A stretch of DNA of 32,000 bases. It comes from an uncultured Chloroflexia bacterium (lineage in GTDB: Bacteria; Chloroflexota; Ktedonobacteria; Ktedonobacterales; JADMIN01). The position numbers and the translations under genes were made by a program. Numbering within the stretch: position 1 is the stretch's first letter; the number at the start of each line of letters is the position of its first letter. Below are positions 1 through 8,332 of the stretch, piece by piece. Under the pieces are notes generated by a model. That model was not told the DNA's origin. It searched no databases and was given only the letters and a program-made list of their open reading frames with translations. The stretch lies in contig CAVRAI010000013.1 in NCBI GenBank assembly GCA_963718915.1, positions 270,001 to 302,000 on the forward strand. The letters run 5' to 3'.

Positions 1-1087
1 TGCGCCACTGCTCCAGCGCGATCCGCCGGGTCGCCTGCCACTGTTCCGCCGCCTCCACAATCTGTCGCTCCGCCGCGCGCCCACCGAACGAGACCAGCAT
101 CGGCAGGCGTGCGGCAAAGATGCACAGCGAGGGTCCATCCGCGCCCTCAGCATAGACACCGTAACGAATCCGCGGGCGCACAAACGAGCGGCGATGAGCA
201 TCGGGGCCAAGGATCACCAACCGCATGCCTCGCAGCCCCATCCAATGCACCAGGCTGGGATCAGTCTTGAAGTGCAACGTGCGCCGTGGATGGGCAGCCA
301 GCAGCGCCCTGACTGGCTCGGCGAGAAGCTCGGCATCCTCGCTGCCCAGGCTCAATCCATTGCCCAGCGGAATCCATTGCATCGCGCTCTTCTCGGCGCC
401 ACGCAGCCGCATGAAGCCACACGGCGCCAATGACTCGCTGTATAACGCCTCGGCATGCTTGCGGAACGCGACACTGGCATCCGACATCCCCAGCCAGAGC
501 GGCAGCGTCAAGAGTCCACCATCGGCGAGCTGCTCGAACCACGCGGGGGTCACATCCGTCGCGCCCACCGTCAGTTCGATCCGGTCGTAGGGCGCGTCTT
601 CGGCCCAGCCTGCCGCCCCATCCGCCGTCACCACTTGTACGCGGCCATATCCGGCGACAGCCAGATGCGCGCGAGCCTCAGCAGCGATCTCCTCGCCAAT
701 GTCCACCGTGGTGACATGGCCCGCTGGCCCGGTGAGTTCCGCCAGCAACGCCGCGTTATAGCCCGTGCCCGCGCCAATCTCCAGCACGCGCATACCCGGC
801 TCGATGCCAAGCTGCTGGAGCATGATGGCGACAATCGCTGGCTGCGAGGCCGAGCTAATCGGCTGGCCGTCCTCCTCGTGGGTGAGGATGGCGTTGTCAC
901 TGTAGGCCGCTGCGAGCGGCGCGTCTGGCAGAAAGAGGTGGCGCGGAACCGTATTCAGCGCGCGCTCAACCGCCTCGTCGCGCAGCACGCCATCGCGCCG
1001 CAGCTTCTCGACCAGCGCCTGGCGTAGCTCCTCTGGCGTCACATTATTCGCGTTATTCGCGTTATTCGATTCGGTCGGTGCGGACAT
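1..1087 (-). CDS. PCMT-like (protein-L-isoaspartate O-methyltransferase family) SAM methyltransferase with a long C-terminal extension; the 3' end lies beyond the window edge
   Basis: Absent from the ORF track because no stop falls inside the window. My minus-strand translation from ATG 1087-1085 reads [54 protein letters not shown]...[38 protein letters not shown]...[20 protein letters not shown]. This shows the PCMT N-terminal helix, SAM motif I and the DG..G....PYDRI motif. The frame stays open for 362 codons to position 2, whereas canonical Pcm is about 210 aa. The start overlaps the purL 3' end by 26 nt. Confidence 0.7.
   Translation of the reverse strand, partial: MSAPTESNNANNANNVTPEELRQALVEKLRRDGVLRDEAVERALNTVPRHLFLPDAPLAAAYSDNAILTHEEDGQPISSASQPAIVAIMLQQLGIEPGMRVLEIGAGTGYNAALLAELTGPAGHVTTVDIGEEIAAEARAHLAVAGYGRVQVVTADGAAGWAEDAPYDRIELTVGATDVTPAWFEQLADGGLLTLPLWLGMSDASVAFRKHAEALYSESLAPCGFMRLRGAEKSAMQWIPLGNGLSLGSEDAELLAEPVRALLAAHPRRTLHFKTDPSLVHWMGLRGMRLVILGPDAHRRSFVRPRIRYGVYAEGADGPSLCIFAARLPMLVSFGGRAAERQIVEAAEQWQATRRIALEQWR
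1044..1070. repeat. 9-bp tandem repeat, three copies (ttattcgcg, ttattcgcg, ttattcga)
   Basis: Read directly from the sequence. On the minus strand it encodes the N-N-A-N-N-A-N-N stretch at the methyltransferase N-terminus. It also contains the purL stop codon (TAA, complement of 1062-1064). Confidence 0.8.
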
Positions 1088-3389
1088 GCGCCTGCTCCGC
1101 TTCAGGTGTGTCGCCCACCTGCCGGAATCCCTGCCGCCAGGCGGCATACATCTCGTCAATGGTGGCATCGAGTAGCGGCGGGAACGCAAGCCGGTCGCCT
1201 CCGACAACGCCCAGGCGCGTCAACAGCATGCCATGTGACTCCGCCAGCTCGCTGAGCGCGTCCCAGTTCTCCGGCGCGGCGGAAAGCACAATGCGCGAAG
1301 GCGCCTCGCCAAAGAGCAGCGCCGTCGCCGCCAGCGGATCGCCCGTCAGCTGCTCGGGCAGTTGCAGCTCGCCGCGCATCCCCAGGCCCGACCAGATACA
1401 GCACTCCGCCAGCGCCACTCCCAGGCCGCCATCCGAGCAATCATGGGCGCTCTGGAGCAGACCCGCGGCGCACGCGGCCAACACCACCTGCTGCACCGCG
1501 CGCTCCACTTCCAGATCGAGCTGTGGCGGACGGCCTGCCCGCGTCGCATGAAGCTCTGCCAGGTAGCTGCTGCCACCGAGGGTATCGGGCGTCACCGCCC
1601 AAGGCCCCAGCACGCCCACGATGGCTCCGTCGGCCTGGAACGCGCTCGGCGTCGGCTCGCGTCCCTCCAGCAAACCCACCATGCCCACGACCGGCGTTGG
1701 GTAGATCGCCTTGCCGAAGCTCTCGTTGTAGAGGCTGACATTGCCGGAGATCACCGGGGTTTCGAGGATACGGGCGGCGGCGGCCATGCCATCAATCGCC
1801 CGCGACAACTGATAATAGACCGTTAGTTTTTCGGGGTTGCCGAAGTTGAGGCAATTGGTCAGCGCAAGCGGCGTCGCTCCTGTGCAGACGATGTTGCGGG
1901 CGGCCTCGGCGACGGCCAGCGCCCCACCGTTGAATGGGTCGAGCCAGGTCAGACGTCCGTTGCCATCCGTCGTAAGCGCCAGATATTTGCCCGTCTCGCG
2001 GTCGTCGGCATCGCGCACGCGCAGCACCGCGGCGTCACTTCCCGGCCCCAGCGCGGTGTTCGCGCCCACCATCGTGTCATACGTACGGTAGACATCCTCG
2101 CGGCTACACAGATCGTGCGAGCCAAGCAGCGCCAGCAGCGCATCGTGGGAGGATGGCAGTATCTCAGCCAGCGATGCCGGGTCGAATTGCCACAACGCCG
2201 CCAGCTCGGGCGGCTCTTCCCCATCGCGAACATAGGCGGGCGTCTCGTCGGTTAGAAGCCGCGTGCCGACCTCAGCCACGACGTGGTTCCCCTCACGCAC
2301 GCGAATCACGGGATCGTCTACGACCGTGCCGACGACATCCGAGCGCAGCCCCCAGCGGGCAAAGAGCGCGCGCACGTCGTCTTCATGGCCCTTGCGCGCG
2401 ATGACCAGCATGCGCTCCTGCGACTCGGAAAGCATCATCTCGTACGGCGTCATGCCCGACTCGCGACGCGGAGCTTTCGCGACATCGAGATCGATGCCAG
2501 ACTGCCCCTTGTGAGCGCTCTCGACAGTGGAGCTGGTCAGCCCGGCGGCGCCGAGATCCTGCATACCGACGATCCAGCCAGTATCACGCAGTTCCAGGCA
2601 GGCCTCCATCAGCAGCTTCTCGGTGAAGGGATCGCCCACCTGAACGGCTGGCCGCCGCTCCTCCGACGCCTCATCCAGCTCGACCGAGGCGAACGTCGCG
2701 CCGTGGATGCCGTCGCGCCCGGTAGCCGCGCCCACCAGCAGAACAGGGTTGCCCGCGCCACTCGCCTTCGCCGGGATCAGCTTGCCTACCTCGATCAGCC
2801 CGACGCACATCGCGTTGACCAGCGGATTGCCGCTATACGACTCGTCGAAGTAGATTTCGCCGCCGACGGTGGGAATGCCGAGGCAGTTGCCATAGCCGCC
2901 GATGCCGCCGACGATGCCGGAGAAGAGGTAGCGGTTGCGTGGGTCGCTCAATGGGCCAAAGCGCAGGGAGTCGAGCAGGGCGACGGGACGCGCGCCCATC
3001 GTGAAGATGTCGCGGACGATGCCGCCAACGCCGGTCGCCGCGCCCTGATACGGCTCGATGGCGCTCGGATGATTATGGCTCTCGATCTTCATCACGACGG
3101 CCAGCCCGTCGCCGATATCCACCGCGCCCGCGTTCTCTTCGCCCGCCTTGACGAGGATGCGCGGGCTGCTGGTGGGAAAGCGCGTGAGCAGCGGGCGGCT
3201 GTTTTTATAGCCACAGTGCTCGCTCCACATCGCTCCGAACAGCCCCAGTTCAACAGGGTTGGGCGCGCGACCCAGCAGTTCCACGATCTGCGCGTATTCA
3301 GCGCGGGAGAGCGCGACCTCATCCAGCGTGCGCTGGTCAATCGCGGCGGCAAGTTCATGGGGCTTGTCGTCAGGCATATCGGCAGGCAC
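1062..3389 (-). CDS. purL: Phosphoribosylformylglycinamidine synthase subunit PurL (FGAM synthase II)
   Basis: ORF 1062..3623 contains [37 protein letters not shown] and [12 protein letters not shown], with two AIR-synthase-like halves typical of small PurL. SD AAGGAG (complement of 3396-3401) lies 6 nt before the in-frame GTG at 3389. ATG 3377 is an alternative start. The first ~78 codons of the tracked ORF (Cys/Arg-rich, unlike PurL) look non-coding. Confidence 0.9.
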   Translation of the reverse strand: MPADMPDDKPHELAAAIDQRTLDEVALSRAEYAQIVELLGRAPNPVELGLFGAMWSEHCGYKNSRPLLTRFPTSSPRILVKAGEENAGAVDIGDGLAVVMKIESHNHPSAIEPYQGAATGVGGIVRDIFTMGARPVALLDSLRFGPLSDPRNRYLFSGIVGGIGGYGNCLGIPTVGGEIYFDESYSGNPLVNAMCVGLIEVGKLIPAKASGAGNPVLLVGAATGRDGIHGATFASVELDEASEERRPAVQVGDPFTEKLLMEACLELRDTGWIVGMQDLGAAGLTSSTVESAHKGQSGIDLDVAKAPRRESGMTPYEMMLSESQERMLVIARKGHEDDVRALFARWGLRSDVVGTVVDDPVIRVREGNHVVAEVGTRLLTDETPAYVRDGEEPPELAALWQFDPASLAEILPSSHDALLALLGSHDLCSREDVYRTYDTMVGANTALGPGSDAAVLRVRDADDRETGKYLALTTDGNGRLTWLDPFNGGALAVAEAARNIVCTGATPLALTNCLNFGNPEKLTVYYQLSRAIDGMAAAARILETPVISGNVSLYNESFGKAIYPTPVVGMVGLLEGREPTPSAFQADGAIVGVLGPWAVTPDTLGGSSYLAELHATRAGRPPQLDLEVERAVQQVVLAACAAGLLQSAHDCSDGGLGVALAECCIWSGLGMRGELQLPEQLTGDPLAATALLFGEAPSRIVLSAAPENWDALSELAESHGMLLTRLGVVGGDRLAFPPLLDATIDEMYAAWRQGFRQVGDTPEAEQAHVRTDRIE

Positions 3390-3447
3390 AGATCGCTCCT
3401 TGCTGGCTGGCTGAAACGTCGCGGCGTGCGATGCGCGAGTCACCCAG

Positions 3448-3456
3448 ATTATACCA
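3448..3456 (-). promoter_or_regulatory. Candidate extended -10 promoter element for purL (TGgTATAAT)
   Basis: The minus strand reads gcggcTGgTATAATctggg about 60 nt upstream of the purL start. The -10 hexamer is perfect and carries a TG extension. There is no good -35 (AGCAGG at 17-nt spacing). Confidence 0.4.
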
Positions 3457-3703
3457 GCCGCTACGGTTCGCCTGCTCATCAGGCAAGCCGCCGAATGGCT
3501 ATGCGTCCGGCAAATCTTGCAGCGCGCTTTGTTCGTCTGTGCTTGTGATGCGGCAGAGCGAACAGCAGACGCGAATGTGATCGTCTTCACAGTCCGCTGA
3601 ATTAGTCCTTCGAGCGGGAACACTTGACATGTAAAGCGAATCTACATCTATGGAATCACTTTTTTCTTCGCCTGGTAGCTATGGGGAGTGGAGGAGATCT
3701 GAA

Positions 3704-4768
3704 ATGTTCTGGCGCCGTTTAATTGGTATATCCATTGTAGTGCTTACCGCCGTAGTAAGCCTGATAGGCATGACAGGCATGACAGGCATGACGCTGCAGG
3801 CGTCTCCACGGGTCGCGTTTGGCCAGCCAACTGAGGGAACCAAGGTCATTCTGGATGACACAAGCATTGATGGGCCAGCCATCACGACAACTTACTCGCC
3901 CGCGACGGCGCTGGCCTGGACCGGCACAGACGCGAGCCATCACCTCAACATCATGACCAGCAGCGATGGACTGCACTATGGCAACAAACTCATCTTGCCT
4001 GAGTTATCGCTCTGGCGTCCGGCGATGGCATTCATTGACTCCGGTCGCGGCGCGCCGTATGGCACGATTGTGCTGGCCTGGACCGGCACCGATGCGGATC
4101 ACACACTCAACGTCGAGTTCATCAAGACCCCAGACTTTACCGTCACCCGTAAGATCACCCTTTGGGGTGAGACGAGCTTTACCGCCCCAGCGCTGGCGAC
4201 GATCAACGGGGATGTCAACTCAGATATCTACCTCTCCTGGGCCGGAACTGACAGCGCGCATACGGTCAATGTGATGCACTTGACGACCAGCTCCGATGCG
4301 ACGGATAAGCATACCCAGTGGGGATGGAGCAGCATCTCGCGGCCAAATCTCTCCACTGACCCATCGTCGAGCGGTACCGGGCTAATCCTTTCATGGACGG
4401 GAACCAACCACCACATCTACTTCGCCAACTCGGCGGATGGTGTCAGTTGGTCTACGCCAGGCGCCTCACCGCTGAGCCCGCAAACCGACTGGGCGCCTAC
4501 GATGATCGGATTCAATGCGACGGCGCTGCCAACGCACTGGCTGGCATGGGCGGGGAACGGCACATCACCCACGGGAAATATGAACGTCCAATACACACAG
4601 AGCTATCCGGGCTGGGGCGATGCGAATTCCTCGGCGTCGCTCGATGAAACAACGATCTCAAGCCCGGCGCTGGTCTACAACGGCGACGGCACATTGCGCC
4701 AGGTGTTGATCGGGTGGGCTGGCACCGATGACGCTCACCACCTGAACATCGCCGTCATCTCCGTCTAA
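3704..4768 (+). CDS. Secreted repeat protein, probably a six-bladed beta-propeller-like fold; family not recognised
   Basis: ORF 3650..4768. GGAGGA at 3691-3696 lies 7 nt before ATG 3704, giving MFWRRLIGISIVVLTAVVSLIGMTGMTGMTLQA|SP, a Sec-type signal (basic n-region, hydrophobic core, LQA cleavage-like site). Six repeats have the conserved Trp at ORF residues 90, 144, 197, 249, 300 and 356 (period 51-56 aa). The cores are LAWTGTDASHHLNI, LAWTGTDADHTLNV, LSWAGTDSAHTVNV, LSWTGTNHHIYF, LAWAGNGTSPTGNMNV and IGWAGTDDAHHLNI. Two Asp-box-like strings are present (SSDGLHY, SADGVSW). Confidence 0.8.
   Translation: MFWRRLIGISIVVLTAVVSLIGMTGMTGMTLQASPRVAFGQPTEGTKVILDDTSIDGPAITTTYSPATALAWTGTDASHHLNIMTSSDGLHYGNKLILPELSLWRPAMAFIDSGRGAPYGTIVLAWTGTDADHTLNVEFIKTPDFTVTRKITLWGETSFTAPALATINGDVNSDIYLSWAGTDSAHTVNVMHLTTSSDATDKHTQWGWSSISRPNLSTDPSSSGTGLILSWTGTNHHIYFANSADGVSWSTPGASPLSPQTDWAPTMIGFNATALPTHWLAWAGNGTSPTGNMNVQYTQSYPGWGDANSSASLDETTISSPALVYNGDGTLRQVLIGWAGTDDAHHLNIAVISV
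3767..3793 (+). repeat. In-frame 9-bp tandem repeat x3 (ggcatgaca, ggcatgaca, ggcatgacg), encoding GMTGMTGMT
   Basis: Read directly from the sequence. It lies in the c-region of the predicted signal peptide. Confidence 0.85.
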
Positions 4769-4866
4769 CAGCTGCCTTCCACACACCGATGGTGTACCCT
4801 ATTGGACTGCTGCGCTGGCCCTGGAGAGCGGGCTAGATGCGGCAGTCCCGCATATGGATCACGTCG

Positions 4867-5856
4867 CTATCGCAGGCAAAGCGCCGCCGCGCCAACGACG
4901 CCCGCCTCGCGCGCCGCCGAAGTGACGCGTAGATCGAGGTTACGTGTGAATGGCATGTGCGCCCGCTCGCGTAGCTCAGCACGTAACGGATCGAGCAGAA
5001 TCTCACCCGCCTGTATGAGTCCGCCGCCCAGCACCACCCGATCCAGATCGAGCAGGCTGGCCGCATCGACGATACCGCGCGCGATGGCAACGCCCGCAGC
5101 ATGGATCAGTTGCGCGGCGAACGTATCGCCACTGGCCGCCGCTTCAGTGATCGCCTGTCCCGTCAGCGCGCTCTCACTCAGTGTCGCCAGCGTCGTCGGC
5201 GTTCCGGCCTGTATGCCCGCCTGCGCGCGTGCGACCAGCCCCGTGCCCGAGGCGTAGGCCGTAAGACAGCCAATCGCGCCACACGAGCAGCGTGGCCCCT
5301 CAGCTGAGACGATGGTATGGCCGATGTGGCCCGCGTTGCCCGTCGCACCGTGGAAGACGCGTCCGTCGGCCACAATACCGCCACCCACGCCCGTCGAGAC
5401 GATCATGCCGAGCATGTAGCGCGAGCCACGTCCGGCGCCGAACATCGCCTCGCCCAGCGCGAACGCATTGGCGTCGTTATCCAGCGTGATCGGCAGATTC
5501 AGCGCCGAGGCCAGCCGCACGCGCAACGGGAACGACTGCCACGCTGGAATGAAGAGCGGAGAGACGATACCATCGGGGTAGTTCATTGGGCCGCCACAGC
5601 CAACGCCTATCGCCACCACGCGATCCCTGTAGCCATCACAGGCGCGCTCGGCCAGCGTGACAACGAAGGCGAACAATGTTTCCGCATCCGCAGCGTGGGG
5701 CGTCGGCGCAACGTGAAAGGAGAGCGCATGGCCATTCGCCGCAACAACGCCCGCCGCTGTTTTGGTGCCGCCAATATCAATGCCGAGAATCAGCAAATGG
5801 TCATCCAGGCCATCGGCAGGAAGCCGCCTCACATCTGTGGCAACCAACGGATCCAT
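4867..5856 (-). CDS. ROK-family sugar kinase (glucokinase-like)
   Basis: Has the N-terminal ATP-binding motif LILGIDIGGTKTAAGVV. Has the ROK zinc motif GHIGHTIV...GPRCSCGAIGCLTAYASG. No N-terminal HTH, and the size is 329 aa. SD GGAGGAAG lies 3 nt before ATG 5856. Confidence 0.85.
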   Translation of the reverse strand: MDPLVATDVRRLPADGLDDHLLILGIDIGGTKTAAGVVAANGHALSFHVAPTPHAADAETLFAFVVTLAERACDGYRDRVVAIGVGCGGPMNYPDGIVSPLFIPAWQSFPLRVRLASALNLPITLDNDANAFALGEAMFGAGRGSRYMLGMIVSTGVGGGIVADGRVFHGATGNAGHIGHTIVSAEGPRCSCGAIGCLTAYASGTGLVARAQAGIQAGTPTTLATLSESALTGQAITEAAASGDTFAAQLIHAAGVAIARGIVDAASLLDLDRVVLGGGLIQAGEILLDPLRAELRERAHMPFTRNLDLRVTSAAREAGVVGAAALCLR

Positions 5857-6011
5857 GCGCTTCCTCCGCTCTTGCTGAACTCATACGCACGCTCAAATCA
5901 GCGATTGTGTAACCCATTCCCATCCATGTATTATGGCAGTATAGCGCGAACGCTACGTAATAGTAGGCAGAAACAGACGAGCATTTTGTGGGCATCAGGC
6001 GCAACGGCATC

Positions 6012-6040
6012 TTGACATGCCGGAAATACTCGCCTATGCT
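6012..6040 (+). promoter_or_regulatory. Candidate sigma-70-type promoter for plsY (TTGACA-17 nt-TATGCT)
   Basis: TTGACA at 6012-6017 and TATGCT at 6035-6040 with exact 17-nt spacing, about 94 nt upstream of the plsY ATG. Supported by consensus match only. Confidence 0.4.
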
Positions 6041-6133
6041 CGATTTCGCCGCGTTCGGTGTGGCAAGGTCATATGGACTCAGCGGCGAGACCACAGCAGG
6101 CCCCAACGTGTGGGGCAGAGAGGGAACGAGTGT

Positions 6134-6796
6134 ATGTCCTCGACAGAAGTCGTCCTGCGCATGATCGGGGCTGCGCTGGCGGGCTACCTGCTCGGTTCCA
6201 TTCCGTTCGGCGTGCTGGCTGGACACTTCTTCGGCCAACGCGACCCGCGCGCCTTCGGCAGCGGTAAGACCGGAGCTACCAACGTGCTACGGACGTTGGG
6301 GCCGGGACCAGCCGCGTTCGTCGTCGTGGGCGATGTGCTCAAAGGCATGGCGGCTGTGCTGCTGGCGCGACTGGTCTTTTTCGGCGGAGATAGCAATCTC
6401 AACGCACAGGCGACGGCTGAGGCATTGGCGGGCTTCTGCGCCATTCTGGGCCACAACTACTCGATTCTGATTGGCTTCAAGGGTGGGCGCGGAGTGTTGA
6501 CTGGCGCGGGCGCGATGGTCATTATGTCGCCATTCGCGACGCTCATTGGCTTCTTCTGCGCTGTCATCCCTATCGCCATCACCCGCTACGTCTCGCTCGG
6601 CTCAATTCTCGGCGCTGCTGGCAGCATCATCACCGAGTTCATATTACTTGTGACCCACCACGATTCTCTGCCCCACTTTATCTTCATCCTGGTGGCCGGT
6701 ACCATGATTATCGTCGCGCACAAGGACAATATTGGTCGCCTGCTCAAAGGCACCGAACGCAAGCTGGGCCAGCCAGCGCAGCCCGTCGCGAGCTAG
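6134..6796 (+). CDS. plsY: Glycerol-3-phosphate acyltransferase PlsY (acyl-phosphate dependent)
   Basis: ORF 6017..6796. From ATG 6134 it reads MSSTEVVLRMIGAALAGYLLGSIPFGVLAGHFFGQRDPRAFGSGKTGATNVLRTLG, then HNYSILIGFKGGRGV. These are PlsY signature blocks in a polytopic membrane protein. The upstream 39 codons are basic and unlike PlsY. Confidence 0.9.
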   Translation: MSSTEVVLRMIGAALAGYLLGSIPFGVLAGHFFGQRDPRAFGSGKTGATNVLRTLGPGPAAFVVVGDVLKGMAAVLLARLVFFGGDSNLNAQATAEALAGFCAILGHNYSILIGFKGGRGVLTGAGAMVIMSPFATLIGFFCAVIPIAITRYVSLGSILGAAGSIITEFILLVTHHDSLPHFIFILVAGTMIIVAHKDNIGRLLKGTERKLGQPAQPVAS

Positions 6797-6882
6797 CCAC
6801 AGTCGCGAATCGAAAGGCATTTGTCGTTTCAAACAGCAAAAAGACACTAGCCGAAGGCGAGGAAGCGTTACCCTGCTTACAT

Positions 6883-8007
6883 TTAGGCTGGACATGCCGC
6901 GTAGGCAAAGTCAAAGTACATAACGCCATCGAAGAGGCGGGCGGGTTCTGCATTGATTGGGCTCACTTGCAGCAACAAATTGTCACTCTGCACGACGGCG
7001 TCATCAACGGTGAAGATGTCCTTGCTGTAAGGTTGATCCGAGAAAAGGCTTGTACCATGTGCAGCCAATTGTCGCCGAGGTTCTAGATCAGCTCTAGCAT
7101 CTGCCTCATGAGCAAAGTGCAGTCCAATGAGACCTGAGAGATGTTTCAAGTCATACCGATAACCAAGCCCTAGCCACTCATATGGATGCAGTTCAGCCAC
7201 TCCTGACTTATCACTCTGCAAGATTGTCTGCATCTTTTGAGGAAGTGAGCTTAACGCTGAGCAAACATCTCCGCCCGGCATTATCTCAACAGAGAACAGG
7301 GTTCCCAGTCCGAGAACGAAGTTATGCAGGGTTGAATCGCTGGCAAGGTTAGGCGTTGCATTATTATACGCATCCAAAACCGCATGGATATCAGCCGTGT
7401 TACCAAAGATGAGCATCTTCTGTGTCGCCACAATAGCCGTATTGAGAATCGAATACCCATAGGGGCCGAACCAATCAGTTGAAATAGCTGAATAGTCCGA
7501 ACTACTATAGGTATAGATGGTTGCGCTCCGATACGAACTCGCTTCAAAGCCACGAGAGTTAAAATCTGCAATCAGTTGAGTCAGATTGAAGTCATTTCGA
7601 AGCTTGACGACGTAGGTTTCTATGGAAGAGTTACTGATCCCGGTCAAGGTTGACTCCCACAGATAATCGGTCCCATCAAATGACCAGGTTTTCGCTGGTT
7701 CTGTGAGAAGATCGCTTAGGCCGAACGATGACGCAGGTGCCTGCCGCGTGGCTAATGACGACAAAAACCGCCTGCGATCAGTGTCATTACTTTTGCTGGT
7801 GACGTTTTCAACACCTTCATATTCTTTGATTAGTGACCAGTCAGTGAATGCAAATGATGCTACATTCGCTGGGGCGAACGCGAGGGCTTCGGCTAGATCA
7901 GGTGCCACGGACGAAACAGGCGCTATATTCTGCTGAACACATCCAGAGAGGCCTGCAAGTGAACCAATAAGCACGAGGACTGCAATACACCCGAGTTTCA
8001 TCGACAT
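6883..8007 (-). CDS. Hypothetical lipoprotein encoded in a low-G+C island
   Basis: ORF 6883..8079. GGGAGA directly precedes ATG 8007 and lies 6 nt before ATG 8001. From 8001 the sequence is MKLGCIAVLVLIGSLAGLSGCVQQ, a lipoprotein signal with lipobox LSGC. I recognise no family motif in the remaining ~350 aa. The codon composition is visibly AT-richer than in neighbouring genes. Confidence 0.65.
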   Translation of the reverse strand: MSMKLGCIAVLVLIGSLAGLSGCVQQNIAPVSSVAPDLAEALAFAPANVASFAFTDWSLIKEYEGVENVTSKSNDTDRRRFLSSLATRQAPASSFGLSDLLTEPAKTWSFDGTDYLWESTLTGISNSSIETYVVKLRNDFNLTQLIADFNSRGFEASSYRSATIYTYSSSDYSAISTDWFGPYGYSILNTAIVATQKMLIFGNTADIHAVLDAYNNATPNLASDSTLHNFVLGLGTLFSVEIMPGGDVCSALSSLPQKMQTILQSDKSGVAELHPYEWLGLGYRYDLKHLSGLIGLHFAHEADARADLEPRRQLAAHGTSLFSDQPYSKDIFTVDDAVVQSDNLLLQVSPINAEPARLFDGVMYFDFAYAACPA

Positions 8008-8211
8008 TCTCCCACAGAAAGCAATTGCTTTCACTGATACGCGACAGTTGAAAACAAACAAAAAATCACCGTACCGCAATCAAGCGGATTGTCAGCATTT
8101 ACGACGTCCCCTGACGCATCCCCATTTCGGACACAGGTGACTGCCTGCAGAGAAAGGTCAACGCGCCAGCAACCGAAGCGGTTGTAAGATCGCATGAACC
8201 AAATATATGCT

Positions 8212-8266
8212 ACTGTACAATCGGCTTACACGTAAGAATACAGCAAAGTAGCAGGCATTGTACAGT
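8212..8266. repeat. 10-bp perfect inverted repeat (actgtacaat ... attgtacagt) with a 35-nt spacer
   Basis: The arms at 8212-8221 and 8257-8266 are exact reverse complements. They lie in the AT-rich spacer between the pgsA stop (8333) and the lipoprotein start. Confidence 0.8.
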
Positions 8267-8332
8267 GTAATTCACAGTCAACCAGATCGATACATCGGTA
8301 GATGCAAAAGACGATTGACTAAGCCAGGTGGC

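Noticed and set aside
2283-3548. Long ORFs antisense to clearly identified genes. They are 2283..3548 (+, 421 aa, opposite purL), 455..1027 (+, opposite the methyltransferase), 5317..6015 (+, opposite ROK), 21387..22307 (+, opposite GRDB/Prx), 25172..25732 (-, opposite rplS) and 27318..27920 (-, opposite MaoC).
   Set aside because: Each overlaps a gene with unmistakable family motifs on the other strand. Their translations are Arg/Ala/His-rich with no motifs, as expected for stop-poor antisense frames in high-G+C DNA.
3390-3623. The 5' extension of the purL ORF ([23 protein letters not shown]...[16 protein letters not shown]...).
   Set aside because: It is not PurL-like. It contains the purL promoter-like TGgTATAAT and the SD. 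The SD-supported GTG 3389 (or ATG 3377) gives a normal PurL N-terminus.
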